From NCBI GenBank assembly GCA_000165425.1, contig CT868141.1, positions 310,001 through 374,000 of the forward strand: a DNA stretch of 64,000 nucleotides, in the 5' to 3' direction. The position numbers and the translations under genes are program-made. The notes beneath the pieces were generated by a model, which saw only the letters and a list, made by a program, of their open reading frames with translations, made no database searches and was not told the DNA's origin. Below, in pieces: positions 42,842 through 56,396 of the stretch. The DNA is from Paramecium tetraurelia (lineage: Eukaryota). Position 1 is the stretch's first letter. Each line of letters begins with the position of its first letter.

Positions 42842-43824
42842 ATGAATTCCTTATTTACTATTCTTTAGGATATTCAAATAAATGTACCCTAATCACAATT
42901 ATAACATTCTTTTGTTTTATGTGGTCAACCTCAATCTGGGAAATCAACAATCGTACACTTTTTGATTCAATTTAGGTCTCCAAACTAACATCTCAGTAAA
43001 TACAGGATCAAGCAGGCCTAATTTACGCATAATAAAAGACAAACATTATTGGCTATTAAGCAGTGCTCTAATACTTTGAGATTTCTGGATAAGCCTTTAA
43101 ATAGTTATTGACTTTGCCATTAAACAAGCAATCATACTAATAGTACAGTTATGTTTTAGTAATCGATTTATCTGATAACCCTCATGAAATATTAAATGTT
43201 TGCAATGCAGAAATTAGGTATATCAGAGAAGAAACAGAAAAGAAGTTATAATAATCAATTGATGTCGATACCTTTAAATAACTGGAATTAAATATTTATG
43301 ATAAGATCATGATGCATCATGACAAAAACAGAATAGTGCCTTTATACGTACCCATCATCATTGTAGGATGGAAATATGATTTGTTCTCTAAAAATCTGGA
43401 TTTAGAATCCAGAAAATGGATAACAAGAGGTTTAAGATACTTAGCACATACAAATAATTGTTCACTTGTATTTGGAAGCAATTAGGATTACTAATTTGTT
43501 AGATAGACGTTGTAATACCATGTGAAACCTACTGCTTCGATTTATCAATATGACCATTTGAAATAAATATGTATCACTCAACTTTCTGATTCAATTGAAA
43601 ATATCAATCTACCCCCATCTGGTAATAATCCTTTGGATGGATTCAATAAAATAATTAAAGATCAAATTGTTGCTGTAGTAAATAATCAAAAAAAGAAGAA
43701 ACAATCGAAAATAACAGAGGAGGATTGGAATAACTATAAGGAAGAAAAAATTGACAGACTTATAAAGCAATTTGAATTTTAATAAAAGTAAACCGCAAAG
43801 CAAGAGGAATCGGTATTAATTTGA
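42842..43824 (+). CDS. DYNC2LI1: IFT dynein-2 light intermediate chain
   Basis: P-loop GQPQSGKST; VIDLS; PIIIVGWKYD; RKWITRGLRYLAHTNNCSLVF. Confidence 0.8.
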
Positions 43825-43852
43825 CACAATATATTTATATATTTTTTTATAA

Positions 43853-44501
43853 ATGATTTTAGAATTAATTTTGCTATTTACAGGTGTGCAATCTATTACT
43901 TTAAAGTTCAAAGTACCACCTGGTTAATAATAATGTATCAAAGACTCTGTGTCCTAAAATACCCTTATTTATGGCAATTTTGATACAACATCATCGCTTT
44001 ATACTTTTACATTGAGTGTAATAACAAATATATATCCAAATATAGGTTATAAATTAATAGGATTAAGAGTCAGTCATAATAGAATACTCAATTGATATCA
44101 ATCAATAATTTCATTATGTTATGGAGGAGTCTGGAGAAATCTCAATGTGTTTTGAAGCAGATGATTATGCTGATGTTATAACATTTAATTTATTTTATGA
44201 AAGCGGTACTTAATTGTCATCAATATTAGGGGCTGAAGTTTATGACTAAGACTTATTAGCAAAAAAATAGCATGTTCTTAATTTAAATGAAACTTTAGAA
44301 ACAATGGAATAATTGTAATAAGATATATCTAGAGAGCAATTACTAATTGTTGATAGAGAAAATAAACGAAAGCATAGTTTTACGGACATTCAAACTAAAA
44401 TAATTGGGTTTGCTGGTATAACCTTTGGATTATTAATTATTGTGGCTACTTGTTAAGTTATTTATGTCAAAAGATTTGTAATATATAAGAAATTAGCGTG
44501 A
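43853..44501 (+). CDS. p24/emp24 GOLD cargo receptor (TMED10-like)
   Basis: Signal peptide, GOLD cysteines, coiled coil, TM and C-terminal YVKRFVIYKKLA. Confidence 0.88.
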
Positions 44502-44599
44502 TTTGTTTGAGTATAAATTTGTTAATCCAGTGATATTTATATATAAGAAATTTGTGAAGAAGTATTATTTTAAAAATGTGATGCCACAATAAAAATAAA

Positions 44600-45614
44600 T
44601 CAAGAGGAAACAGTTAGATTTTGCTAATAATATGAAGGATTGACTCTAATATTTTTGATAAGAGATGAGGAGATTTCTTGAGTCTTTTGGGTTGTCTCAC
44701 TGTTTTCATGTATTTTCATTGTTTACTATTGAGATTTTGTTCTTGATTTATAAGATCTCTCATAAAATTGGTCTACTTTAATATTAATTCATACCAAATT
44801 ATTTCATATTTTACTTTTCTGTTTGTGTCTCTAATATATCGTCAGTTGTTCTATTCAACAGAATTAAATTAGGTTTTGGTTTGCTAGTTTTGCAAATGTT
44901 GATGGTCTAATGTTTCTAACTGTATGTTATTATAGAGTTATGATCATTTTCTTAGATCTCAGTGTGATAGCGGTGATGCAATTTCAATTGAGGCACCCTC
45001 AGGTTTGCGTCTTTATTGATTAAGGAGTGAAATTTTACTGAATCGTTTTTTGGATGTTTATATTATTAATTTAAAGCCTCTTATTTTTCTTTATAAAATA
45101 GGATTAACTGTTGCAATTAAGAATTTTTGGTTGCTTATTTTAGTAATATCATTTTCTAATTATTAACTTCCTTTAAAATTATTTATGTATTTTAAATACC
45201 TATTCAATTTCTTTGATTTTAACTTTGAGTTACTAGTTTTCACATTTCAATTCAGTGCATAACTTGTTTAACACTTAACATTCATTCCTAAAAAAGACTA
45301 ATTTATTTTAAGCATTTACTACCTATTCTTTATAATCAGAATTATATACTTCAGTCTCATTCTCATGATAGGCTATGTATTCTTCAAATTTCTACTGTAG
45401 ATTTCTAAAATCAGATGAGATTTGCTCGACAACTATTTTAAAAGCCTTAAAAAAAGCTTGTTTGCTGGTTCTATAATAGCGTTGAGATTCTGGAATTGGT
45501 GTTAATCATTAAACCCTCTATGTCTCTGCACATCTCCTTCAATTTCTTAGCTGCATTCGAATCAAGGGATTCTAGGATTGGTATCTAAGCCTCAGTAATT
45601 AAATGAGATGCCAT
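44600..45614 (-). CDS. Hypothetical coiled-coil protein
   Basis: MASHLITEAQIPILESLD..., ends QQNLTVSS*. Tiny introns. Confidence 0.65.
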
Positions 45615-45653
45615 GTTATTTAATTCAATATAATAAATAAATGAATAGAGAAG

Positions 45654-46313
45654 TCAAATTTGGTTGTTTTCTTATAATTAAACAAAGAATTTCGATCTGG
45701 TATGTAATCCAACATTGAATCCTTTTTTAGTGAATTTTTGTAGAACCTATTGGAATCTTTAAATGTCTAATCTCTAAGAATTATTGAGAAATTCTATTTT
45801 AGAACGAAATAACATACTTCTCGCTATAATTGGCTTCATCCCGAATTGTTAATAAGATTCTTACAAGAATTTCTCGAATTTTTATTAGTCTTTTAATTCA
45901 TCGTGTAAATATTAGCATCTTATGCCATAAGGACAAAATCCTTAATTAAAATAGCGATTGCATGGTTTTGTTTTGTATTTTTAATGTAAATGTGTTTTAG
46001 CTTATAACTCTAATTAACCGTGGGCAAATGAACACTAAGAAATAACCTTATAAAATACCTCATCTCCAAATTTACAAAATCCAGTCAATTCAAAGTTCTT
46101 GCACAATTCTGTCTTCTTCTTCTTTGTATATTCTTCAATATATTATCTTTTTTCTTCAATTGTCTCAAAATATTTTCTCTTTGGCTAAACGCTAAAAAAT
46201 AAAAAAATTCTTTACTCTATTTGAAACTTTTCATCCTCATCATCAGTACTCACACTCTAATAATAATCGTTTATCTAGTTATAGTAGATCTCAGCTGGAG
46301 TTGGGTTACTCAT
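45654..46313 (-). CDS. Tandem CCCH zinc-finger protein (TTP/ZFP36 family)
   Basis: [26 protein letters not shown] and KYKTKPCNRYFNQGFCPYGIRCQYLH. Confidence 0.92.
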
Positions 46314-48123
46314 TAAATTAATTAATAATGAATTTTTTTATTCTGCATTCCATTATAAAAACAATTTTTGTTATTAAATCAAAATATGGATTGAATTTAA
46401 TTCAACCTGATCAGAAATCCCATTGTAATATCAAATGATAGAATTTTAAATCTTATATAATACTATTAGTGTCTACTTCCCTTTCTTAAATGCATTCCTT
46501 ATCAGAATTTAAATGTCAAAATTAAAGTTATTCTTTACTATTTATTTTAAAATTCTCATATAAATAATGTACAAACACCTATACAAATGTTTAAGATGAC
46601 TTTGCAAAATAAGGTTGTTTAATATGGACTTTTAGTATCGTTATTTTAAGAATAAAAATCATTGGTTTAAAATGCCATTCTCTTGAATTCTTACTGTAGT
46701 TATATTGCATTTAACATTTCTAAAGCCTACTCCACTACATTCAATATGTCATAATACTCAACTTCAAGTTATCTAATTATTCAATATATGTAATCAATAA
46801 CTAAAAATATTGGTTAAAAAAATCCTTTAGTTTTGGAGTATGTTGATTTATATTACAATATTGGTTAAGATGCCTAACAGATTTGCTTTTCCAAAAACAA
46901 TTTTTTTTAAGATTAAAAATAATTATCATTGCTTTCTAATATCGACATATTAGAAACCTATAATGGCTCATATATAATATACTCTATACAATACATTTTT
47001 ATTGTTTAATAGTTATTTGATTGCATTCTTCCATCACTTTCTTGTTTTAATAACAAAAAATTTTAATGGAAACTAATTGTGATTTCTAAAATTATCGAAA
47101 TTTAATAATATAAAGTAGATCTCATTTATTTACTTAGTTAAATGCTACCTCGGTATATCACATTTTTATTAATAAGAATTGATTGAAGTCCAAATTCAAA
47201 GAACCAAATTATACTAATATAAGAATATGATAAATAAAGAAAAAAATCGATTCTGTAGTCTTGGATTCAATTGGAATGAAAAAATAAGAAATATATCACA
47301 ATCCCTCTATTTAATATAGAAGGAATTATTTAGTTAAATAATAACATCAAAATGTCCATTTATATCAAAAATTTAATGTATCCTTTAACTATTTACATAA
47401 ATTTACAATAAAATAGAATTTGAATATTAATTAATGAGAATAAATAAACAAACATTGATATTCTTGTTAATTTACATTTAAATTTATATCATAATTATAT
47501 TCTAATCAGAAATATTTTTAGTATATATCAGAAATCATTAATTTAAATATATATTTTCCGAAATATTTGGTTATATTTGAATCTATTTATTAGTTTAGGC
47601 TTTGTCAATAGATAATAGAAAGAAAAGTAAAGATCGCTAAAATTTGTGTAATAAAACAACTGTATGTGAAAGATTCAATTAATTAAATTAATATCTTAAA
47701 TAGTCTAAATTGATTATAATTATATTGCTTTCATTATGTAGGTTTTATCAAAATTGATTATATATCTATTAACCACTATTTGATTAATGATATTAAGTTG
47801 TTAAGAGTAATTTTCTTAAATAATTATTTTTAATTTAATAATTGATACCTAATCTTAACTTTTACAAGTATTGATTATTATTTCATTACTATCCAAGGGT
47901 TTCTCACTTTTTTATGAATTATTACTCATCAGCAGCAATTTATTTTTATACATTTTTATTATTCATCTAATATCATAAATTTGAACCTTACTTGTAAATA
48001 AATATATTCTATTAAAGAGTTCAAATATCATCAATTGGTTATGAATTAGAATTTGAAATTTATTTTAATTTACATTTCTCCTTTTATATTTATATTTATT
48101 ATATTAATTAAATAAAATTAAAA

Positions 48124-48839
48124 ATGTCCAAAGGAGATGCTAAGAATTTGAAAGAGGAGATTCAAAAATTATATGATCCTTTGTTATTTTATCAACATGG
48201 AGACAATCCTGCATACAAAAGATACGTTGAAATAATGCAGGAAAACGCTTAAGAGGGTAAACAAATAGATCCAAGAACTTATTTTGTTAATAAATTGCAA
48301 AGGTAAATAGTTTATCATATTAATAAAGAATCCATGTAGCAAGAAATATCTAAGATTTTGTTGAAAGAGATTTGAAATGTTTTAACTTTGTTCGAATTTT
48401 CCCAGTTTGGATATGTACAACAGGGTTCTTTTTACAAGGTATATAAAGAAATCAGTATGAAAAGCTGCTTTAACACACAGATAAATGTTCTTGCCAATTG
48501 GATAGAGAGGTATAACAAGTATCAAATAAACCTCATTCTTTTACAAGTATTAATTTATTTCTATGTGATTCAAGTTTTGGGTATGTTGGATTAGCTGGTT
48601 ATGGGTTGTATTTATTTGGAGCCTCTTATTTATGGTGGTAAGTGACTAAAATGACAGCCAACAAATTCTATAAGCATTGCTTATTGGGAGAAAGACAATG
48701 GTCATATGAGAGAGAGAGATAAAATAACACTTATGGAAATTACTACTTTAAGGATGTTCCTTTGTCATGTGAAGAGAATTTCCCAGATCTGGCTAGAGGA
48801 GAAATTGCGAAAAAGCAAAGACCCAAGCCAGAGTGGTGA
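48124..48839 (+). CDS. Hypothetical small membrane protein (possibly mitochondrial)
   Basis: MSKGDAKNLKEEIQKLYDP...; TM-like FGYVGLAGYGLYLFGASYLWW; ends KQRPKPEW*. Three tiny introns. Confidence 0.7.
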
Positions 48840-48995
48840 TATATTAATATTATTCATTCACAAATCAATATATTAGCATATGATTTAAAAACTATATTAT
48901 TAGTATAACTATATTATAAGAATTTAGAATTGATTGAGACGCGATATATATAGAATACATAAATTAAAAATTAAATATAATTCAATTTCCATTTT

Positions 48996-49075
48996 ATGAA
49001 GCTATTTAAATCAGCATTCGGAAAGAAAGAATAGGACAATAACTAATATATATTAATATAATCTAATGGTACATT
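48996..49075 (+). CDS. Probable gene start lost in low-quality sequence or the gap
   Basis: MKLFKSAFGKKEQDNNQYILIQSNG followed by G-free sequence and N. Confidence 0.35.
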
Positions 49076-49358
49076 CACTATTGATGAATAATTTATTACT
49101 CCATAATTTTTATATAATCCTTCATATTATTTAACAAAAATATTATCTATATAATTCTTTCTTTCTTTTTCTACTATTTATAATTCTTTTTATTTTTAAT
49201 AATTAAAATCTCATTCTTTTTTTTAATAATTATTTTCCATTTATCAATATTCTTTTTATTTACTATTTATTATTTTTTCTATCATATACTATTTCTTTTA
49301 TAATTCAATATATATTTATTTATCTTATAATTTTTATTATAATCACTCATCATCTATC

Positions 49359-49701
49359 NNNNNNNNNNNNNNNNNNNNNNNNNNNNNNNNNNNNNNNNNN
49401 NNNNNNNNNNNNNNNNNNNNNNNNNNNNNNNNNNNNNNNNNNNNNNNNNNNNNNNNNNNNNNNNNNNNNNNNNNNNNNNNNNNNNNNNNNNNNNNNNNNN
49501 NNNNNNNNNNNNNNNNNNNNNNNNNNNNNNNNNNNNNNNNNNNNNNNNNNNNNNNNNNNNNNNNNNNNNNNNNNNNNNNNNNNNNNNNNNNNNNNNNNNN
49601 NNNNNNNNNNNNNNNNNNNNNNNNNNNNNNNNNNNNNNNNNNNNNNNNNNNNNNNNNNNNNNNNNNNNNNNNNNNNNNNNNNNNNNNNNNNNNNNNNNNN
49701 N
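49359..49701. other. Assembly gap (N run)
   Basis: N run. Confidence 1.
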
Positions 49702-49831
49702 GTAGTCCTACGCTCGGCGTCGTAGCAGTTACGTTAAAAAAATTAAAAAGTCAAAAAAGAGGTATGATCTTATTTATAATAAATGTAAATTAAAGAAAAC
49801 AATATAATATTTAATAATTATATCATACATT

Positions 49832-50839
49832 ATGAATTTATTTGAAATTTATCCTGAAATGGATCAGGAAAAATCCTTTGATAATCTCTTGTATAAGAGA
49901 GTCTCATTTAAGAATAGTGAAAACAATTATAAGTTGTTTGGATTTGATAAATGCTTTAAAAAAAGTAAAGAATACAATACTAAAAGGGTGGAAAAGTTTG
50001 TTTAAGAATTTTGCTATTCCATTTCAATAAACCCATTATTTTGACAACAAAGAATTAAATTAAAGCTGTCATTGCAATGAATGCGGAGGAAAAGTTAAAA
50101 AGAAAATTTTGATTTGCAACAGGGAATTAAGAGACTATCAATTCTCCGCTATGAAATTAAGATATCCAGCATCACCTAAGTTATCTATTTAACCTTAAAC
50201 AGTTAGACCCTCAAACAAAGATCTGAGTTTAATTGGTTCCTCAGCTCATTTTAGTATTATATTAATTAATTTTTATGTGACAAACATCAGAAATAAGTCG
50301 TTTAGAGAAGTGCTAGAGAATCTCTCATTCCAGTTATCTAATTGATATAGGCTTAAAATCTAATGAAAAAAATAAGTAGAACTCATAAAATAGAATAAGA
50401 TTTGAAATCTAAAATGAACTCATAAACTGAAAGCTTATTCAATAAAATACAGAAGAAACTGGATGACAAGGAGGAAATCTTGAGTAAACATGTTGAACCC
50501 TAAATTTAAAACCCTAAAGAAATAGATATCACTAAATAAAGAGATTTATTAAAGAAGAAATCCTTCAAACAATCTCCAAATTCAGTTCAATATCGGATAA
50601 AAACAGATGTATCGAGTTACTATTTTGCTAACCAGTAAAAAAAACCAATTTTCTATTTACCAAATCTTAGCAATCTTGAAAACTTAAAAAAAAACAGCCT
50701 TAGCATTTTTGAATCTAAAACACCAAGAATGTTGATCAGAAGTGAAAAATACAATCTCAAATAACCATTGACGCAAAGACTATTGGCTACTTACTTAAAG
50801 AAAAGCAATAGCAAATTATTAAATAATAAAAAATAATGA
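49832..50839 (+). CDS. Hypothetical protein with a CxCxxC motif
   Basis: MNLFEIYPEMDQEKSF...; a 22-nt intron gives RWKSLFKNF...SCHCNECG. Confidence 0.65.
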
Positions 50840-50895
50840 TTAATATTTTGATAATATATTTATGAATATAAAAATTAAATATAGATAATTAAAAT

Positions 50896-51908
50896 ATGTT
50901 ATAGCAGTGCCTCAAAATATTTAGGTTTAGCTTTGCTGCGAACACTCCCTCATTAGCTACACCATGGTCATTGAAACCATTCAAAACTGAGGTATCTCTA
51001 CCAATTATCAGATTTCATGATGCATAGCCAACTGGGTAATCAATAGCATTAGATTAAGGTATTTAATTAATTATATTTCACAATAGAAATATTTAATTAG
51101 CCTATCAGAAGAGATTTGGTCTAAAGATTGGTTAGATATACAGATTTGTATGATAAAAAAGTCACTAAAGCAACTTTAGCATTGAGAGACGCTGCAGCAT
51201 CAGGGGCAAAAAATCATCCATAGAAAAAGACAGGAAGAGCACGTTAAGGGCATAGATAAAGGCCTGGAAGAAATAAAGGTATTAAAGCTCATGGAAGAAA
51301 GATAAGATCATTAAGAATTGATTTACCAAGAAAAGTTAGATTATAAGCATACAAAGTTGGTTTGACAGCTGCTCTTATTGAAGGTAAATTCACTGTTATA
51401 GATACTGAAAAATTAAATGAAGGAAAGACTAAACATTTGGTTTAATTAATGAAGGGATTTGAATCTTTTACATAGCCATTATTGATAGTTACCAGTGTTG
51501 ATCCTGATGATTTATTTTTAAGAGCATCTCGTAATTTAGAAAATTTAGAAACTTGTACAGTGAAGGAGTTCAATATTATTAAAATTCTTAAATTTAAATC
51601 GATTCTTATTACAAAGGAAGCTATTATCTAATTAACTGAGTCGTTAAAATAAAGAAAATTAGCTCTTTTAGGAGACAACAAGATTGTCAAGAAGGTATTC
51701 TTTCATTATTTATCAAATTTAGAAATATTCAGAATATCCAATTGAAGAATATGATCCAACTAAGCCATTGGATCTCAAATTCAAAGTTTTAAGAGAATAT
51801 TTAGAAGATTTTGAGAAATTAAAATAAGAGGGATAACTAGATAAATTTATTTAAGATATGCCTAAGACAAAGAAGGTTGGTCGCATTAACACAATAAATC
51901 ATCATTGA
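50896..51908 (+). CDS. MRPL4: Mitochondrial ribosomal protein uL4m
   Basis: Presequence-like start; IFNQPIRRDLV; SGAKNHPQKKTGRARQG; KAHG; LPRKVR. Confidence 0.9.
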
Positions 51909-51961
51909 GAAAATTATTTGTTTTTAAATAAAGCATTCATATATAATTATATTTATCATTC

Positions 51962-54900
51962 TCAAATGTATCTTTAATTTTGAGGATTTTATTGTATTTC
52001 ATATTCTCTCTATAGAGATTTCATTTTCTATTTTAAGTTTTAAGATGAAATGGCTGCTTAACTCAATGTTTTTTTGAAATTTTCAGACTCTTATTTTAAT
52101 CTTTCCCATCCAGAAGATTAATCTAATTAACTATTGTCCTTTACTCCACTCTATTAGGATTATTAAGAGATGTAAGAAGATTCGTTTTTATAATCTAAAT
52201 TCATAGATTATTTGTTGTTACTTTAACTATATTTTTGAGGTTAATATGCTTTTTCTAATTCCTATAAAAGCTATTCATTTTGATCTTTTAATTGTTGAAT
52301 TTCTTATAATGTATTCATTTGCATTTGTCTTTCTTAAATGATAACTTGCTCCATTTCATTTACTCTCTTTTATTCCCAAGACAACTAAGCATCCTTGAGG
52401 TCTACTTATTTTTATAAGTCTCTGTTAGCATTTTCAATATATTGTTTTTCTCTTTCTAATTAAGCAATTTATCTATTAAAATCTTCCTGGGCTGCCTAAA
52501 ATCCTGTGGATATTTTTCTTTGTGAATGAAACTCTTTTCCCAATTACTAAAAATATTATTATAATTCTTACATCTCTATCTTTCAATAATTCTCTAATTT
52601 GTCTTTCATATTCTTCAGACTTTCTATTCAATCTTTCTATTTCTCGCTCATATTATTGTAACTAAATTTAATATTGATCTTCTCTTTTTGAAGCATTTTG
52701 CATTTGAACTTTAAAAAAGTCTTCTTATTTTTCTAATTCTACTCCTCTTTGTAATACTTCCTCATGTTGTAATGATATTTATTAGATTGAAACAGTAAGT
52801 CTTTGATTTTCAGCACAGACTTCACTATAATTAAGTTGCAAATCATGCATCTCCATATCAAACATTTTAATTTATTCTTTAAGTCTAATTTCTTATTACT
52901 GTAAAAATTGGATTTACTATTATTGTAATTCTTTCTCTTACACAGATTTGATAAGTTAATTATTTAAAGATTAATTATCTTTACTTAAAATTTAAATATC
53001 AGATTTCATCTCATGGAACTCTTTTTCTTTGATTTACAAAGTGTATTTTACATTATCATTTTCATTCTATAACTTTTGATTCTTATAAATTTAATCTCTT
53101 AATTTCTCTTCTAATTATTAAGCAGCTTCATATCCACGTTCCCCTTTAGTGCTAACCTCTGATAATTTTGATTGTTATTTCTAGATTTCGTTATTCATTT
53201 GTTTAATCTGCTATTACAAAGAGATGTTAGTTTCTCTAACTTCATCTAATTGATTTTAGACTTCATCTCTTTCTAGATCTAATTGCTCTAATGATCTCTT
53301 TAATTAAATATTTTGTTCAGAATATTAATTTACTTTATCCTCTAAATTCTCATTCAATTCTCTCAATTAAAGTACCTATCTTTCATCTTCTATTTTAGTA
53401 CTGTTCTTTTATTATAATCTTTAAAGTAATTCTTCTTTTTATTTTTCCAAACTTTCACATAATAATTTTAATTATCTTATTTAGTTTTCATAATCAGTTT
53501 TTTATAATTTAAGTGACGATATTTAAGATTATGATTCGGTTAATTCATTATACAATTTATTAGATCTTGAAATCTCTTTTTACAATTATTCATTAATATC
53601 TTATAAAGACATTTCATAATTATTTACCTTCTCCGATAATTTGATAGAAGTATTTTTAATTTCATGATCATTTGTCTTCAATCCATTAATCATCTATCTT
53701 AATTCTCTTGCTTCTTTCATTGCCTCCTCTTTCAATTTATTTAAAAATTCCATTTGTTTAGTTTATTGATTTATTACAGATTCTAGTTTTAAATTTTCAC
53801 TCTAAAATCTTTCTTTTTCAATTAAAATCTTTCTTTCTTGATCTCTCAATCTTTCTATTTCATGAGTCAAATTATAGTAGTCCATTTCCTTATCCTTATT
53901 TCTTAATACATTTTATTAGTATTTGAAGGTTTCATCACTTTATTATCTTAAATTCATTTGTAATTTATCATTTTCCAATCTTTATTCATTTAGTAATTCT
54001 TAAGCTATTTTAAGTTTTTCTTCTAATTAAGAATTAAAGATTCCTAAATCTGAAATTTATAATTTTAGAGAATTATTCTATTGTTGTAGTAATTTTAATT
54101 CTCCAACTGTTTCATTTTCAATCTTTTATTTTTATTCTAAGATGCTCTATTAATTTAATCTCATCTTTGATTACTCTCTTTTGTATTGTTCTACTTCTTA
54201 TTCTAATTAAGCAATATCCTACAATTTCAATTTTATTTATGAATCCAGATTAGCATTCTTTTACGCTAATTCACTTAGTTAATCATTCAACAAACGCTTT
54301 TATTATTTTAACTCATAGTTATCTCTATCCTTCTCTCCTAATTCTCTCTTTATTGATTTAATAAGACCCTCTGTTGTTTACACTTCCTTAGTTAATAAAT
54401 CATTCTCCTTCCTTAATTGATCCATCATAAGCTATTAGCCTTAATTAGGATTATGTTATTAAGACTATTATTAATTCTTTTATTCTTATTTAAATTTTTA
54501 TAATAAACTATCCAAATTTTATTTAGAAACATCCATTCTTTCAAATTCTACCTTCAATTCTCTAATTACTTATTTTTCTTAATCTAATTCTCGTTCTAAA
54601 TCTCTTTTATCTTATCTCAATTATTAAACAAACTCTTTCTCTCTTTCATATTCATCATTCAATTTCTTATAATTTCTATCGTATAGTTCCTTCTCTCTTT
54701 ATAATTGTTAATATTCAGACTTTTGAATTTGCAATTAATCATCCATCTCATTTAATTAAAACCTTAATTTTTAATTATCTTCTTCCAAACTTTTTAATGT
54801 TTAAACAGTATTCTCTTTGTCACTCTTCAAATTATTCACAGCCTTACTAAATACCATTTTATCAGTTTAATATGCTGAGACCACTTATTCTGCATTTAAG

Positions 54901-55957
54901 GCTTTTAATTACAATTATTCATTTTATTATTACAATTATTATACTTTTTCAATCAACTATGAATTTTCATATTCTAATTGACTTAATATTTTTTTGAATT
55001 GCTCTTAATTTTTTTCTTTCTCATCCTCAATTACAGATAATCTTTACTTAATCTAATTTAATTCATTTTTTTTATCAGATTTATTCGGGCTTGAATTTTA
55101 TGGTTGACTAGGCTTCTTCCTAAATCTTTATAATTCTTTTCTTAAATTTGATAATTCATCATTTAACTTTGTGTTCTCTTCAGTTAATAAATCTAATTGG
55201 GTTTAAGTTCTTTATGCCTTTTATTATGCTTCTGAGAGAATATGTTCTTATGCTAATTTCTCAATATTTGTTCCTTATATATCCAATTTTGACTTTAATC
55301 TCAAAATCTCCTTTTCTCTGTTTTCAATTTAAAATTCCAAATGCTTGCATTTTTCCTCCAATAACACTTTCGAATTGTCATTATCTCTTGAATCTTATTG
55401 CACTTATAATAATCTATAAATGATAATCATAAAAATTATACTTCCTTTCTAATTCCTAGATTTAGTCAACTAATTTTAATGTTTTATCTGGTTGATTACT
55501 TTATGAATAATTATTTTCATTATTTTTTTTAAATAATTCTTCTTGTAATTTCTTTTCAGCATTATTTTTTTAACCTAATATAAATTTCCAGTCATTTCTC
55601 TCGCTCTCTAACATCCTTACTTATGATCTCCACTTATTTTCTTTAGTATCACATTCTTCCTTAATTTGAATCATTGTCATATGCAATTAATTATTTTCAT
55701 TAACAATTCTTTAATTCTCCTTCTTTAAGGGTAATAATAATTGTTCAAACTTAGCTGCATTAATTTTAGTCTATTTAGATATAATATCAATGTACTTCCT
55801 CCAATTGCTTTTTTAATTATTGAAAGCCTTCAGTTGTTTTAACTAGATCATTAAGCAATCTTTCAACTAAAGGAACAGAGTCTATTCCTAATGGTTAACA
55901 ATAATGCAAAGCATCCAATCTCTTCTTTAGCAATAAAAACTTCCTCTCTTGATCCAT
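51962..55957 (-). CDS. BLD10: Basal-body cartwheel protein BLD10/CEP135
   Basis: N-terminus ERKFLLLKKRLDALHYCQPLGIDSVPLVERLLNDLVKTTEGF is the CEP135 signature, followed by about 1300 aa of coiled coil. Confidence 0.9.
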
Positions 55958-56396
55958 TTTGAATAAATATATATATGTTAATTAATAAAAAATGGAATTT
56001 TGAAATTATGATTTCTTAGGACTGTTAATAATTTATATATATATATTATGATTGTACTTAACACTCAAATATTTAGGTCCATCATTAAATAGATGCTTCA
56101 ATTCATAATAATCTTTAATTTTATTAATATTGATATTTTTTACTCTTATATTACGAAAATCTTTGTAAAGTACATCTTCATTTTTACCTAGAATACTCAT
56201 TAATTCATATTTCTGCTTCTTGTGATATTTTATAAATTGATCACAGAATTTAAAAATCTTTTTGAATTAATAAATTTCAGTTGACAAAAACAGTATGAGA
56301 TTGTCATTGTATTCCTGAAGACCTGAATAATTATTATATATTGTTATATTCTAATTATAGGCTTAAGTTGTTTAATTTTATATTAAAAGTTGATTT

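Noticed and set aside
49702..49735. GC-rich GTAGTCCTACGCTCGGCGTCGTAGCAG as a regulatory or mobile-element end
   Set aside because: It sits directly against the N gap, typical of low-quality or vector read ends.
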